64,000 nt of DNA, taken from positions 7,068,001 to 7,132,000 of the forward strand of contig JAYWIR010000003.1 in NCBI GenBank assembly GCA_036172245.1, written 5' to 3'. Source of the DNA: Raillietiella orientalis. Its lineage: Eukaryota. Each line of letters begins with the position of its first letter. The first letter of the stretch is position 1. The position numbers and the translations under genes are program-made. The notes beneath the pieces were generated by a model, which was not told the DNA's origin, did no database searches, and worked only from the letters and a program-made list of their open reading frames with translations. This document shows positions 35,477-47,584 of the stretch, in pieces.

Positions 35477-38400
35477 TTTTTTTTTTCCTGAACTGTCTGC
35501 TGCCTTTCGCGTCGGGACATCAAGGACCGGGACGACGGTCTGAACGGGAGGCGGTGAAGCTGCCCAGGGATCCGCGAATCTTCCTGCAGAGCCCGGAAGC
35601 CTCATCAAACATCAGTCGCTCCTGGTCCTGCTGCACGAGACTGTTAGATCTCAGAAAGGAATCTTCAGAGGAAGGAGCCGGATGTAGCTTTTCGCAGCCG
35701 ACCATGAAGTGCCTCAGGCAAAAAGGTTGATCTTTCAAAGAGAATCGCCGAAGAGCCGAGCGTAGCAGCAAGACAGGAAGTCATCAAAGAGAGGAGTTAT
35801 TGGGCGCGAGTCCCATGAAGTCCCACAAGTGGTTCCGGAACATCAAGAAGGGATTGTTGGACACGAGTCACCCCACGAGCAATGTCGTCCCGGGCAATGT
35901 CAGCGGCGGTGTGCCTGCGACAGCCTGAGGCAGTTTATAAGAGTCAGCCAGAAGCGGCGCGCGGGATCTGCGGAGGCGCATGCCAGGGGTGCACGGAGAT
36001 CGCTCCGAGGTTCTCCGGAGAAGGATGCTTCTGGGAACAGACGCCCACTCTCGGAAAGCGCGGACCAGAGGCTTCTCGGAGAAGGCGTCAGGGCTTCCAG
36101 TCCCTCCCGCCACCGGTGTTCTCCCCAGCGATGCCCAAACACCGAGGAGACGGCTCCCACAGGCCCCTGTAGAGACCCCGCGTGTGCGGAAGTCCGGTGT
36201 TCCTGCCGGGAGGGACTACTGCCAGAAGGCGTCATCGGTTAGCGGTCCGCGGAGCTTCAGTCACCCTGTCAACGAGCAAGCCGTACTCTCAGTAGGCAGG
36301 CGCGGAGGCAACTCTTCCCCTCGACTGGATGCTGGCGGCGCGGCTTCCCCTACGACTTTCCGGCGCTCGAGGCTTTCCAGGAATGCTCCGATATGACCTC
36401 AAAGGAAAGAATGGGAGTTCCTCGTAGGGCCGCGGCGAGGTCTCCGGGAACTGAAGAGGCTTTGCCCCAACCTACCTCCCACGATCCCGGATGGAAGAAT
36501 CCTCGTTCCTCCCTTCGGCCCGGGGCTCCCAGGGAATTTTCCGAGAGGCAGAAGATGCGACATCGGGGAGCAGATGAAAGGCAGAAAGATGGGATGTCGG
36601 GGAAGGTCCACGGGCTATCCACCCCTGGGATCTCCCGGAGACCAATCGCGGCAGCTCCCCACGTAACCGAACGATGAGGTGCGCGCGGCAGCCCCATCAG
36701 AATGCTCCTGGACCGCCCGGGCGGACCCAGCAAGGTGCCCCTCTCCGGGCGTGAGGCGCGCTGAAGCGTGCCGGGGGCTGCGGCGGCGACCCCATCCTAC
36801 GGGGTCAGCATATCACGGAGCCGCGGACACCCAATCGCCCAACATCCGAATCTCCCAACATCATCATTTACGTAATCATCCCGGGGGCTGATTCTCGGGG
36901 AAGCGGTCGAGACTTTCACTTTCGCGATCTTGCTGGGATCTCTGCTCCCTCAGCGGAGGTGCTGCCGCCGTCAGCCCGCCTCTGAGAACTCGGGAAACCT
37001 GCGCTTTAGAGGAACCGCGATTCACCAACAGCTGGACTCACCCCTTCTTCCTTTCGAGGAAAGGGGGGAAGCGGGAAGCACGTCCCCTTCTCACCCTTCC
37101 GGGAATTCGGACGGAGCTGCCTCTTGAGGCGCACCCCTACCCTCGCTGCCGTTCTCGTTGGATTGGGAGCACCGTCGAGCGAAGGGGTGCTCGTCTCCAA
37201 GCATTCCCGGATCCACGGGTTAAGGGGCCAAACGGCAGAGGGTGGGACGGCTTCAGGGGGCGCGGCTCACCCCCCTACGCCTTCCTCTCGAAGGATTTTT
37301 CTGGAACATCGGTAGCCGTTGGCAACCGAGTAACCAGCGGCACCAGATGCCGCTGATCAGCTGTCTTCCCGAACCCCATGGTCTTCCCCGCTGTCCATCT
37401 GGCGACCCCGGAGGGATTTCTACGGCGCGGTTCGTGGCGTTCGAATCTCTAAGTGGGATGAAAGGGAAAACGCGCGTAGGAGCCGCACGCGGCATCACTT
37501 GGCAACGGTCTTGCGAGGGGGCGCACTCGGTGCAAGGAGTCCTTTCCCCCTCCCCTTCTGCCTCTCGGACGTCGCCCCGTTCGCCGGACGAGGCTCCCCA
37601 GGAGCTTCCGGTGCTTTCCGCAGCGATGGTCCACGCGTCGCTCCTTTCCCCTCCTGGAGGCCGGGAGGGAGAGGAGCCTGGAGCTCACTCCACCCTTCCG
37701 GAAAACCTCCTGCCGGGTGGGATAGTCCGCCGCTCTCGGACATTCCTGTCCGAGGAGCGGCGCTCCTGACGTGAGCCCCGGCTTCGAAGGGAGAAGCGCG
37801 GCTTCCATAAGAATTGGAGCGCGCGATCGATCGACTCACCTCCTATCCCACCCCCACCCTCGCACTCTGGGTGGGGATCTCCCGGGAAGCACCCTCTCCG
37901 CTTCGTTTTCCGGGGCGGTCCGACGACACGACCGGCGCGCGGAGGGCGGCCTCTCATGCGAGGAGAGGGGGAGACCATACCTTCGCATGAGGGAAGGGTC
38001 TTTCCCCGCCTTCCCGCCGATTGGAAAGAGCAGGTGCTCGCGGGACGCCATCTGGATCTCCAGGCGGGCCGGGAGCCCGCCCCGGCGTCACATAAATTTC
38101 CCTGTCCCGGGTGGGGAAGTTCGGCCGCGGGAGGGGAAACATGGGGAGGGAAGCGTGCCCCTTCGGCAGGGGCGTAGCCCCGTCAGCCTGGTGCGAGGGT
38201 TCCGCAGCGCAGTCCCGGCTTGGCAGCAGGGGATCTGACTTGCCCCTGGCCACGGACGGGTGCGAGGCAGGTCATGTCGCCTCCGGGTGAGTGGGTAGGG
38301 AGGACCCGTGCTCTCCCCGGTCTCACCCCGGTGTGTGCAGCTCCCCCCCATACCCTCCCCTAGAGAGGCGGGCGAGGTACGAGATCGGAAGGGGAGGGGC
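35477..38400 (-). mobile_element. Degenerate LINE ORF2 (EN, RT, zinc finger) ending near an A run
   Basis: In order: SIDRAL (~37825), IPGVD (~36625), FLESLERR (~36375), FCLRHFMVGC (~35710), then an A11 run (T run 35477-35487). Confidence 0.5.
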
Positions 38401-38864
38401 GGCAGGTTCTTTGCCCGAGGCTTCAGAGCGGCAGCCGGCGTAAAGTCACAAGACACTCCCGCGAGACGAAAGCTGCCCGTCGCGACCCGGACCTATTGCA
38501 GAGGAAGCCCGCGCTCTCTGGAATCTGGCGAAGCTGCCTGCCCATACTCGCCTCCGGGAGAGAAGGAGAAAGAGTGGAGCGCCCCTCCTCTTCGCGAAGA
38601 CGGAAGGGTTCCGCAGTGGCTTGCGTGGCTCCTCAGGCGGCGAGGCCGCAGAGACGTCGGTTCGACTGCTCCTCCGCTCCGGATCAGTGGAAAGGCGTCC
38701 TCCGCGCTTTCTTTCGCGAGCCGCACTACTTCCTACGCTGTAGTTCCCGCTCCTGCTCTCTTCGACGACCTCGGGACCAGCGCCAAGCTCCTTCGAGTTC
38801 ACACCCAAGGGAACCGATGCGCGGGAGGCCGGGGATGCCTTTCTAAAGGGAACGATGCTCATGG

Positions 38865-39075
38865 GGGGGGTGAAAAGAAGGCTAGAGGAAGGAGGATGAG
38901 GCAGAAGAGTAAAGGACGAAGAGGCGGAGGGAAATGGAGCAGGAGGAAGAGGAGGTGAAGGAATAAGAGGAAGAAGGTGGAGGAAAAAGAGGAGGAAGAG
39001 GTAAAGGGAGAAGAGGAAGAAGGGAGATAGAGGAGGAAGGGGAGCGATGGAGGTGGACGAGGAAGTGGAGGAATC
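38865..39075. repeat. Purine-rich (GAG/GAA) low-complexity tract
   Basis: Almost only G and A on the plus strand. Confidence 0.9.
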
Positions 39076-40149
39076 GAAGACATAATTACCACCGTGGATC
39101 ATGGGTCCACGGAGGCGGCTTCGAGCAGCTGCGCCATCCTTGTAATGCGTCACTGAGCTTTGGATCGAACGAGAAGCATGAAAGAACGGCAGGACTGCAT
39201 ATCTCCAGGCATCCATCATCCTGTCCACGCGGATGCAGCTCCGCGGCGGTAATCGCCCCCGTAATGGCCCTCCGTGATCCGCTGCGAAAGACGCCGTAAT
39301 CCTCGGGAAAACACTCGGCGATATTAAAATTTTAAACTGCGAGATCCGCCCCCTCGTGCAGCCTCTCTGTAATTAAATCTTCCTGCGCGCGGAGGAAGGA
39401 CCACTTTTCCGCTAATGAATCTTTCAATCAGCCGTCTCCGTCCCGGTGGAATCCGAGAAGAAAGGGCGGAGCGTGCACGCCGGAATGCGTCGGTTATTTG
39501 GCGGGGCAAGTGGACCAAAGCGACGCCTCCCAGCGGGGGGCCGCCAAGAGGGCAAGCGGTCGACCCCGCCGCAGCGCAGTCGGCAGCCGGGACTCCGGCA
39601 AGACCGGCAGCGGGGGGAGATGCCTCGAGGCGACGGGGTTTGTGGCCGGCGCCGCAGTGTGTGCCTACCGGATGCCGGACCGGCACGTGGACCGCCTTTC
39701 GGCACTGAAACGAGTAGGTCGCAACCATGTTCTGCTAAGCTGCTGCTCTTATCTCTCCTTCCGCCGAGGAAGGAGCCCCTCTGACTTCTTATAGGAAGCT
39801 CCCGTAGGAGGATCCGGAATGCAACTCTACCGCCTCAGGCTGTGTAACAGGAAGAGGGTCGATTTATGAGTCTTATAGCGCCGGTGAAGAACTGGCTACC
39901 CCTACCCATTCACTTCTGGAGCATCGCAGGTCCCCGACGTACTCCCCCGCATCCCCCTCTGACCAGGAGTGCCGTCGCTTCCTCTCGAATGGTTCTTTCC
40001 TCCCACGCAGAGCTACCCATCTTAGCTGGGAGAAAGATCATGGCTCGGCCGTTCGACTTTGGATAACAAAGAAATGACGTTACAATGGCACAGCATCTTC
40101 CGCAGGCGTCTCTTATCGATCAGGAATTTTCTTTTTCGTGGTTGCAGCA

Positions 40150-41710
40150 ACCGTCCCCATCGATGTGAGGGTGGTCTTCAAGGGAAAAAATGAAGCACCG
40201 TTCACGAGTACGACCTCTCCACAAAGATATCGCTCCCTCGGGCGATCTCACAGCAGGAAGAGCATCCAAATGTTCCTTACCAGCTTGCTTCTTCGCTTCT
40301 CATCCAAACCTTGCTGCCTCTTTTGCCTGCTCTCCGAAATATCCCTTCAGCTTCTCCTTCCGGAAAAGACCAAAGGAGATTTGGTTCCTTCTCGCTGTCC
40401 GCAGCGCCCTCTTGAAGTGCCGCGGGTTTATGAGGTCAGATTCCTTTTCATGCACCTCGGGATGCGCGGCTCCCGAATTTCTGCGCTTGTTTCCTCACCC
40501 CTGAGAATGACCTGTATCCTTCTCCGGAAGCATGCGCCGATGACCACTGCAGGCGCAAAAAAGAGCGCCGGTGTGTGCTGCTCATTTCGATCTGCCGAGA
40601 AGGAGGAGGAGATTCTTGATCCCTGCGGGAGAAAATGCCGTCATGAGCGAAGGGCAGGTCATCAAGAAGGGATTCCCGTTGAAGCGCCGCCTCCTGCTTG
40701 CGGACGGTAGCGGGGAACGGGAGAACCGTCAGACAGAGCGCTGGGCTGCGATGGCCGGCAAAGATTGAGATGAAGGAACTTCCCACCCTCCGTTTGGTCC
40801 TGGTGGAAGGCTGAGGAGGTTCTACGTCAGCGCGGAATGGTTATGGTGCATCCTCGTTAAGCAATGGTCTTCGTTAAGCAACGTCGGATGAAAGCAAAGT
40901 CCCTGGAAGGGTGCCCTAGGCGCCAAAGGGCGAATCAGGGAGGTTAGACATGAACATCTGCTTGGAAGTTCTGAGGGAGCTGCGCGAACAAATTCGCTCC
41001 CGATTGAAAGAGGAAGTAAGGCGAACCCTCCATCCTTTGTTGGAGATTGATCGTGAGAGCAAACGAGCTGCAGGCTTCTTCATCTAATGGTCCTTAAGAT
41101 CTGAAGTGCGATCCTGTCTTGTGGCGTGAGCAGAAGATGAAATGGGATTCTCTGTCTGGTCCCATAGCTGTCGGAAATACGAAAAACATCACGTGCACAG
41201 GTGGTCCTGCGCAGGGGACGGAGGGTGAGGCGTTAAGAACTGCCATCCTAGGCAGAAAATCTTTAAACGAGCCTAAAGGCAGGTTTGGCTGACTTGGGGC
41301 TTTGTCTTCGGGTGTGAATGTGACAAACTGGCCGCCTGAGGATACAGATGAGTCGCCTAAGCAACACGGCGATGAAGATTAGGGTCTCGAGCGAGTGGAC
41401 TTGCCAACACAAATCACCAACACATTCCTCGGTATGTGGGAACATTCAGCTGTGCTTGCAAGTTCGAAGCCATCCTGTGGAACCATTCGTGCATCTACTT
41501 CCTTATCTACCAGGATAGTTTTCGTAGATATCCCCAGAATTGCTGAACCGGGAACTTCACGTGATCCTAGCGGAGCATAACTTGGGCGTCATATGAAGGG
41601 GAAAACAGCTCTTCCGCTTCTGCATGTTACGCTCATCGCTTCGTTGCCACGGGAGTGGACTCACTCCCTTGCACTGAGAAGGCTCCTGGGAAGGTGGAAA
41701 TATCTCCTGG
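40150..41710 (+). mobile_element. Degenerate LINE ORF2
   Basis: SGDLT, KVPG (KSPG-like, ~40897), TFLGMW (~41425), and a post-RT segment 41582-41700 homologous to 43327-43445. Confidence 0.45.
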
Positions 41711-41769
41711 AAATTTGTAGGGTCTAGACTACCGAAACGAGGATGCAGTACGAAACGATACCAGACCCC

Positions 41770-42062
41770 TCAGTCTATTGGTCGCCGATCCTTAATCGAC
41801 TTCCTAAGGCAGCAGGTCCACCATCAGCAATACGCAATTCACATAAGAGCATGCCGTGGAATTCCTTGTCTCCACGAATACTGGAACCAGAACCTCTTAG
41901 TCCACGCTGCAGCTCCACATAGAAGAAATGCCTTATCCCATCCTGGTTTACTTGTCTATCTATAGAAGAAGTAAATGGCAGCAGTTCAGGTTCGTCATTG
42001 GGTGCTCCGACTGTTAATCTTACTGAGCTTCCTGAATTCTTTGTCAAGTTCAGGTCAGTTAA
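41770..42062 (-). pseudogene. MAGI-type scaffold fragment: end of one PDZ domain and most of the next
   Basis: LTKNSGSSVRLTVG, then FFYVELQRGLRGSGSSIRGDKEFHGMLLCELRIADGGPAALGSRLRIGDQ*. This resembles the last MAGI PDZ (GFGFSIRGG.E..MPL.VLR.A..GPA..GRLR.GDQ) with the GFGF loop mutated and a stop. Confidence 0.85.
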
Positions 42063-42569
42063 ATAGCCTCTAACAAGGGAACTTCCCCCAAGTGGACTGC
42101 TGAAACGTCTACACATGCGCGCTGACTCCCTCATGCTGATGCGACAGATGCCGCTGATAAACAAGCGTGTCGGTTGCTCCAAGGTACCACATATATTAAG
42201 TATTTCGTGAGATACATATGTAAGTATGTATCAATGATGGGCATCTCGTGATAAGTAGCGGAAAGAGAGAGGTTCGTCTGCAATGCGGGAGGCTGTGACG
42301 ACAGCACCCTAGGAGGACCCCGAACATTCCAGATCCCCGATGTGGCACCAGGTAGTTAGCGATAAGAGAAAGATCACCGACAAAAATGCAGTTTCGCTCC
42401 GGATTCTGCATCTTCTTGAGCAGTCGGATAACGGCTTTCCCCCGGCACGCGTAGGTTTTCATAATCGCAGCAAGGAATTAAAAGACTGCTGAAGAACCAC
42501 CTTGTTTCAATTTCACTTGCCAGGAATCCTTTCAGCTTCTTCTGTTTCCACTGCTTTCCTTTGAGCTCC

Positions 42570-43150
42570 CCCCCCCTTTTTGGATGGGGGGGAGGGCAGA
42601 GTGTTGAAGCTTAGGGGAGGCTCGAGGCTCACGCAGCTCTTTGACAGTGTTCACGGTCACCCGAGGGTACGTGTGACTCTTCAAGTCACTGGGGGTGACC
42701 TTGGAAAGACTGCCCTATGGATTCAGGAAGACTCTGGAGAAAGCAGTCGGGTCCTCTTACGCTCAGGAGGGCATCCCTGGTTGTCTCTGAAGGGAACCTC
42801 GAAGGAAGGATTCCCAATTTCTCTGAAAAGTAGCTTCCCCAAGGGAGCAGCGCGCTCCTTCAGACTCTGGAGGGGTACCAGTTCACCAGCTCCATGGTGC
42901 GCGATGGAGGGTCCTCCTCCGAGGAAAGGGGGAAGGAAGGTCGACCTCCAGTTCCGGGAAATCGACGGCTTCCGGGTTCCACCGGTGACGCATCCGAATA
43001 GGCCAATCGTCTTCATCCTGCGAAAGGGACTCCAAACCCACGAACCTATTTCTTGGCATCGTTTCCTCCACCTGATGATTCGAACCCTCAGCTCTTGGTA
43101 GCCCTTCAGGCGAGTGCAGCCACGCGGCTCCGCCAACGCGGGTTCTCCGT
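42570..43150 (-). mobile_element. Degenerate LINE ORF1 fragment
   Basis: VTGGTRK..FLPPFL followed by a low-complexity tail. Confidence 0.4.
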
Positions 43151-43779
43151 TTCACTTTCGCTAGCCAGGAGGGAACATCGCTCCAGGATCCAACCGTGCT
43201 ACAGAGAATTCGAACTCGCGGAGCTTCGATCCCGGTGCTTCAGATTGCTGGACAGAAAGAAGCGCGCGTCACTGGATTGGAACCGCAGCACTGGGAACTT
43301 CGTGCGATCCCAGCGGCAGCGTCTCCTGGGCGTCATGTGAAGTGGAAGAGAGCTCTTCTGCTCCCGCATGCTACGCTCATCGCTTCATTGCCACGGATAT
43401 GTAGATCGGCCCTCTTGGACTGAGAAGGTTTCTGGGAAAGCAGAATGGGGATGCCGTCTCTGCTTCACTTCCGTGCTTTACTCACCGTGCGGCATCCAGG
43501 ACTGCAGCGCGCGGCGAAGATGCTCAACTCCGAGAAGAAATTACATGGTCGATCACGGAAAGCTGCAGACGGGGATGCCGTATTCCCAGCTCGATGATTA
43601 TGCAAGGTTTACCCTGCCTGTCGATTTTCTTAATTGGAAGAGAGTAGTCCAGGCTCGACGCAGGACATCCAGCGCATGCAAGCTGGGAAGCATCAGAACC
43701 CGGGAGTTCTTCCTGGAAATTACTCAAATCTTCTTGCTTGCGTCGGGACGTTCATTAAAAGTCGATGGTCCTTTCCTTT

Positions 43780-44320
43780 TACGTGCAGGGCGTGCACATT
43801 GAGGGCCAGCGATGATCCATAAATAGCGTACACACTGATGTGTACCACAAACTTTGATACACGGGCGGTACAGGTTGTGTGTTTTCTGCGAACTGTTTCC
43901 GGAAATCCCGTCGGCGTATCTTCCGCCCAGACCGTTCCCCGTTTTCCCCAGTAGGTGGCGTTCTGTGTTTCGACACGGCCGCGTAAGCACCTCCTGACAC
44001 GAATGAGGAGTGTCTCCTGCAGTCCATCATCTATCGAGCTGAGATGGAAGCTGCGAACCGAGGTCGGAACGATACGATTGCGCTTCCCCTCGTGACCACC
44101 AGCGGCTCAGCATGCGCATGGAGGGGACTCGGCGTGGGTTGCCGCAGCAGCATCTCTCCGCTGCCGGTTTCCGGGGAAACACTCCGCACGCATTGCTGGC
44201 CGTGGCTCACGCTGCTTTTGAGTCGATGCCACGGGCTCGCAGAGGGTTCGCTTCGTCGTTGACCGTCCATGCGTCCTCTCGTCTGTTTACGGGGGAAAGC
44301 GAAAGATGAAACGGCTGGCA
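43780..44320 (-). mobile_element. LINE RT fragments
   Basis: LRQPTPSPLHAHAEPL (RQG.LSP..EPL-like) and RYADG. Confidence 0.45.
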
Positions 44321-45399
44321 ACGAAGCATCAAAAAAAAAAAATCACGAGTTTCACTGGATCTCTATCGTGATCCCAGAGTCAGCCTCCACGTGGCTTACT
44401 AAGCTGTTTATGTTGAGTTAATTCAGGGATTTCTTGACGTATTAAGGAGTTCCGAGGATGCAAGGCAGTAAGCTGGCTGTGCTCATGTGGAAAAAGGAAG
44501 CGGCCTCCTTCCTCTTTTCCTTCCTTTACCTTAACTGCGATCGCCAAGTGTGCGGAACCAACCAAGAACAGGTGGGATATCGTAACACACCGGAGGCACT
44601 TTCATCTGGCACCGAGCAGAGCGAGATTTATTGCCGCACGCACCGAAAAATCGAGAAACACAGCCGGCGAAGAAACACGGACGTTGCTACGTTTCAAGGG
44701 AAAGCAGACGTCCGCTGGCGTCAAAGGGAAAAAGAAGAGAGAAGAGCTAGCTGGCTGCATCTCGCATCCAGAATCGCTTCCGAAATCTGTTTCCCGCCTG
44801 ATATCGTGAGCATCGTTCGCACACACCCGCCAGCATACAATACAATTGGAAACCATCCCGTGGCTTTAACAGGAAGGGAGGAGCCGGGGAAAAGAAGTTC
44901 TCAGATCAGACTTCTTCGGGTCGGAGGAGAAGAACAAGAAGAAGAAATACATGTAGAGCTGCGCAGATGGGAAACGGTGAGGAGCAACGGGCTGGGTTTT
45001 ATAGGAAGGGAGGAGGCTGGATTGACCTTTTGCTTTCGAGATAAATTTCTTCTCGATGCGTTCCCTACTTCCACATCGGGGATTCGCGTCCGCTAATGTA
45101 CCCGATCCAATACATTAACAGATGTAGGCAGACCATAACATCACTTGCAACGGCACAGCTTTATAATCCCGAGAAGCCCCTTTATCTTTCGATAACATAC
45201 TCTTCGTGCCAATAAATTTCTCCGTTTGCTCGATAAACGCGTCCAGGAATTTTAAATCAACGAATCTGCTGTTTGCACAGGAGGACCGCTTTTTGTGTGC
45301 TCTCTTTCTCCGGTCTGCTCGGTTTGATCCGGAAACGCTAATCTCCTCCGCTGCTTGCTGTAATCTGCTCGGACCAGAAAATGCCATGGACGGCATCTG

Positions 45400-46780
45400 G
45401 GCGAGCAGCATGCTTTCCGAAGACTTCCCTCGCAGCAGGGGACGGAGAAACCTCGGTGCAAGAACCTGGCAAGAACAGGGGCCAATCGCACGGAACGAGA
45501 TCGCGGCCGGAGAAGAAAAAAAAAAAAAATAGAAAAAGAAAATACGTTTGTAGGGGTAAGGGAGGAGGAAGAGGGAGGAGGGAACATACGGATGACGAGG
45601 AGGTGGGCATTTGAATGTAAATCAGCGGGTGCCCAACCCTTCGCTCCTTAGTACACCCACAACACCTCCGTTGCACTGCTCGCACCGGATCCTGATGCGG
45701 AAGAAGGGAAACGGAACTCTCCATTCCGCCGACACTCGCCGCCAAGACTGAGCTCCATCTTGCGAAGAAGGAGCAAGCGGCCAACTCTGCGACAGTTTCC
45801 TTGACGAGGTGACCCGTTGACTGGTCAAGAGTGCGGCCATCAACAATGCGTGGGCATCGCTGAGCGGCGTGAGGCGAAAGGAAGGCCAGAAGTCTGCGAG
45901 GTCCACCTCCATTTGTGGAGGGGGGAAAAGAGGTGGGGCAGAAAGTCACTGGCAACCGACGAAGCCAACGAGTGACTCTGCAGCGCTCCATCATCATTCA
46001 GCTGCACTGCGGCGTGGTCTCCTGTCTGCCTGCCTCCCACAGTGCCGGCAAAGACGAGCAAAGCCACGATATTCCCTCAGCAGCTTTTTGCAAAACGAAG
46101 GTCGTGAGAGAGTGACTAGTAGAGAAGGTCCTTGAATCGTATAGGTGAGATTAGATCCTTGCAACTGCAGGATGTGGAGTGCTGTAGAGCTACTCGACTA
46201 CCTGCTCCTGATGAAGCAGACGAGGCACATACCAAGGAGTCATCCAGATGAGGGAAAGAGGTTTCATTAGAACTCGCCCTCCAGGGACGTTCTCTGGGGT
46301 TCCAAGGTGCTCTCCGCGATAGTCTCCTCGCCATCCTGTGCACCCTTCCAACCAAACCTACGTCCATGTCTGTTTGATCAGACACGCCTGGTCCATCAGT
46401 TCGGTTACGCTGAAGAATCTCGAAGAATGGTCGAGGCAGGGTATCGAAGTGCACATGGAGATGTATTGCAGTCTCTCAACACTATCGTGGTTAACTTTTA
46501 GACTCATTTTTTATCACTCTCGAAGCTCACGGAGAAACCCCTGGTGAACGAACGGGATGGTAAGGAAGGACACAGTTTGGAGAGAGGCGCCTTCCGTGTC
46601 GAAGGAAACAGACAGAGCATCACCCTCTTCATGAATAGGCAGGAACAAGTCGCACCAGCGAAAATGCGAACAAAGCAATGCTTCCCGTTCTGGAGAAGCC
46701 ACACCTCCACGGCCCCCACTCTGCACTCTGGAGAAGAGCTGTAGCGCGCGACGTAGAGAGCATCCGATCTCACCAAAGCC
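45400..46780 (-). mobile_element. Degenerate LINE ORF2 with T-rich 3' tract
   Basis: SVSFDTEGA..TVSF..GF (D..KAFD-like), WLRRLPVT and a T-rich tract at 45543-45511. Confidence 0.5.
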
Positions 46781-47584
46781 TGAAAGTGAATGTTCCGGAG
46801 AAGAGGAAGAATGAAAGATACTTTACGAGAGGACTATTTTCAAGCGCAACGACAGGATGCGGTAGGAGCCGAAGAAACGGAAGCTCGTTCCACGACGGAC
46901 TGGTTGCTGCCACCAAAGCCACGCACGAGTCCTCAAGAGGACCTTCCTTCTCCGTTTCTCACTCCCTCACGACCTGGATCTCGCACAGCCACGGACTTCG
47001 TTGCTACGGGCGGAGCCACGGAACACAGCGCTGCTGAGCACCGGGGCTCCGCCCGTCACCGTTGGAGCTGTGGGAGGCAGGCGGTCAGGCCGCCACGCCG
47101 TGGTCAAAACCATGACGTGCGTTCGAGACCACAGAGGAAGGAGGTAGCTAGCTACCTAGCATTCCTGCATCAGCCACCTCTCCATCCGCTCTTGGATGAG
47201 GAGCGATTAAAGACGCACGTGCGCGCCTCCGTGCCCCTCGTTCCCCAGGCAACGGGCGAAAAAGATGCGCGCATGAACTGAATGCAGGGGAATTTTTGGC
47301 AACTCCGTACGGGAAACGGCAACGCCGGAACGTCAACCCTTCACGTGTGTAGCGAGGAGCTGCACACGCTGGCGCTCGTCCGACCCAGGCTGCCGTCCAC
47401 CGGAGGACCACACCTCCCCAAGATGGCCGACAACCCGCCGAAGCGGACGCGCACCCGGAGCAAGCAAGGCGTGAGCTATCTGAGGTTCCCGACTGAGACC
47501 GAGGAAAGGTGGTTTAGATGGATGCGGCGGAGGTGGGCTTCACCAACCGGGCCGTCGTTGTCACCTGGTCACGCCAAGGCGTTT

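Noticed and set aside
38446..39228. 260-aa ORF as a gene
   Set aside because: It stays open only because of the low-complexity GA tract. The same applies to 59715-60494.
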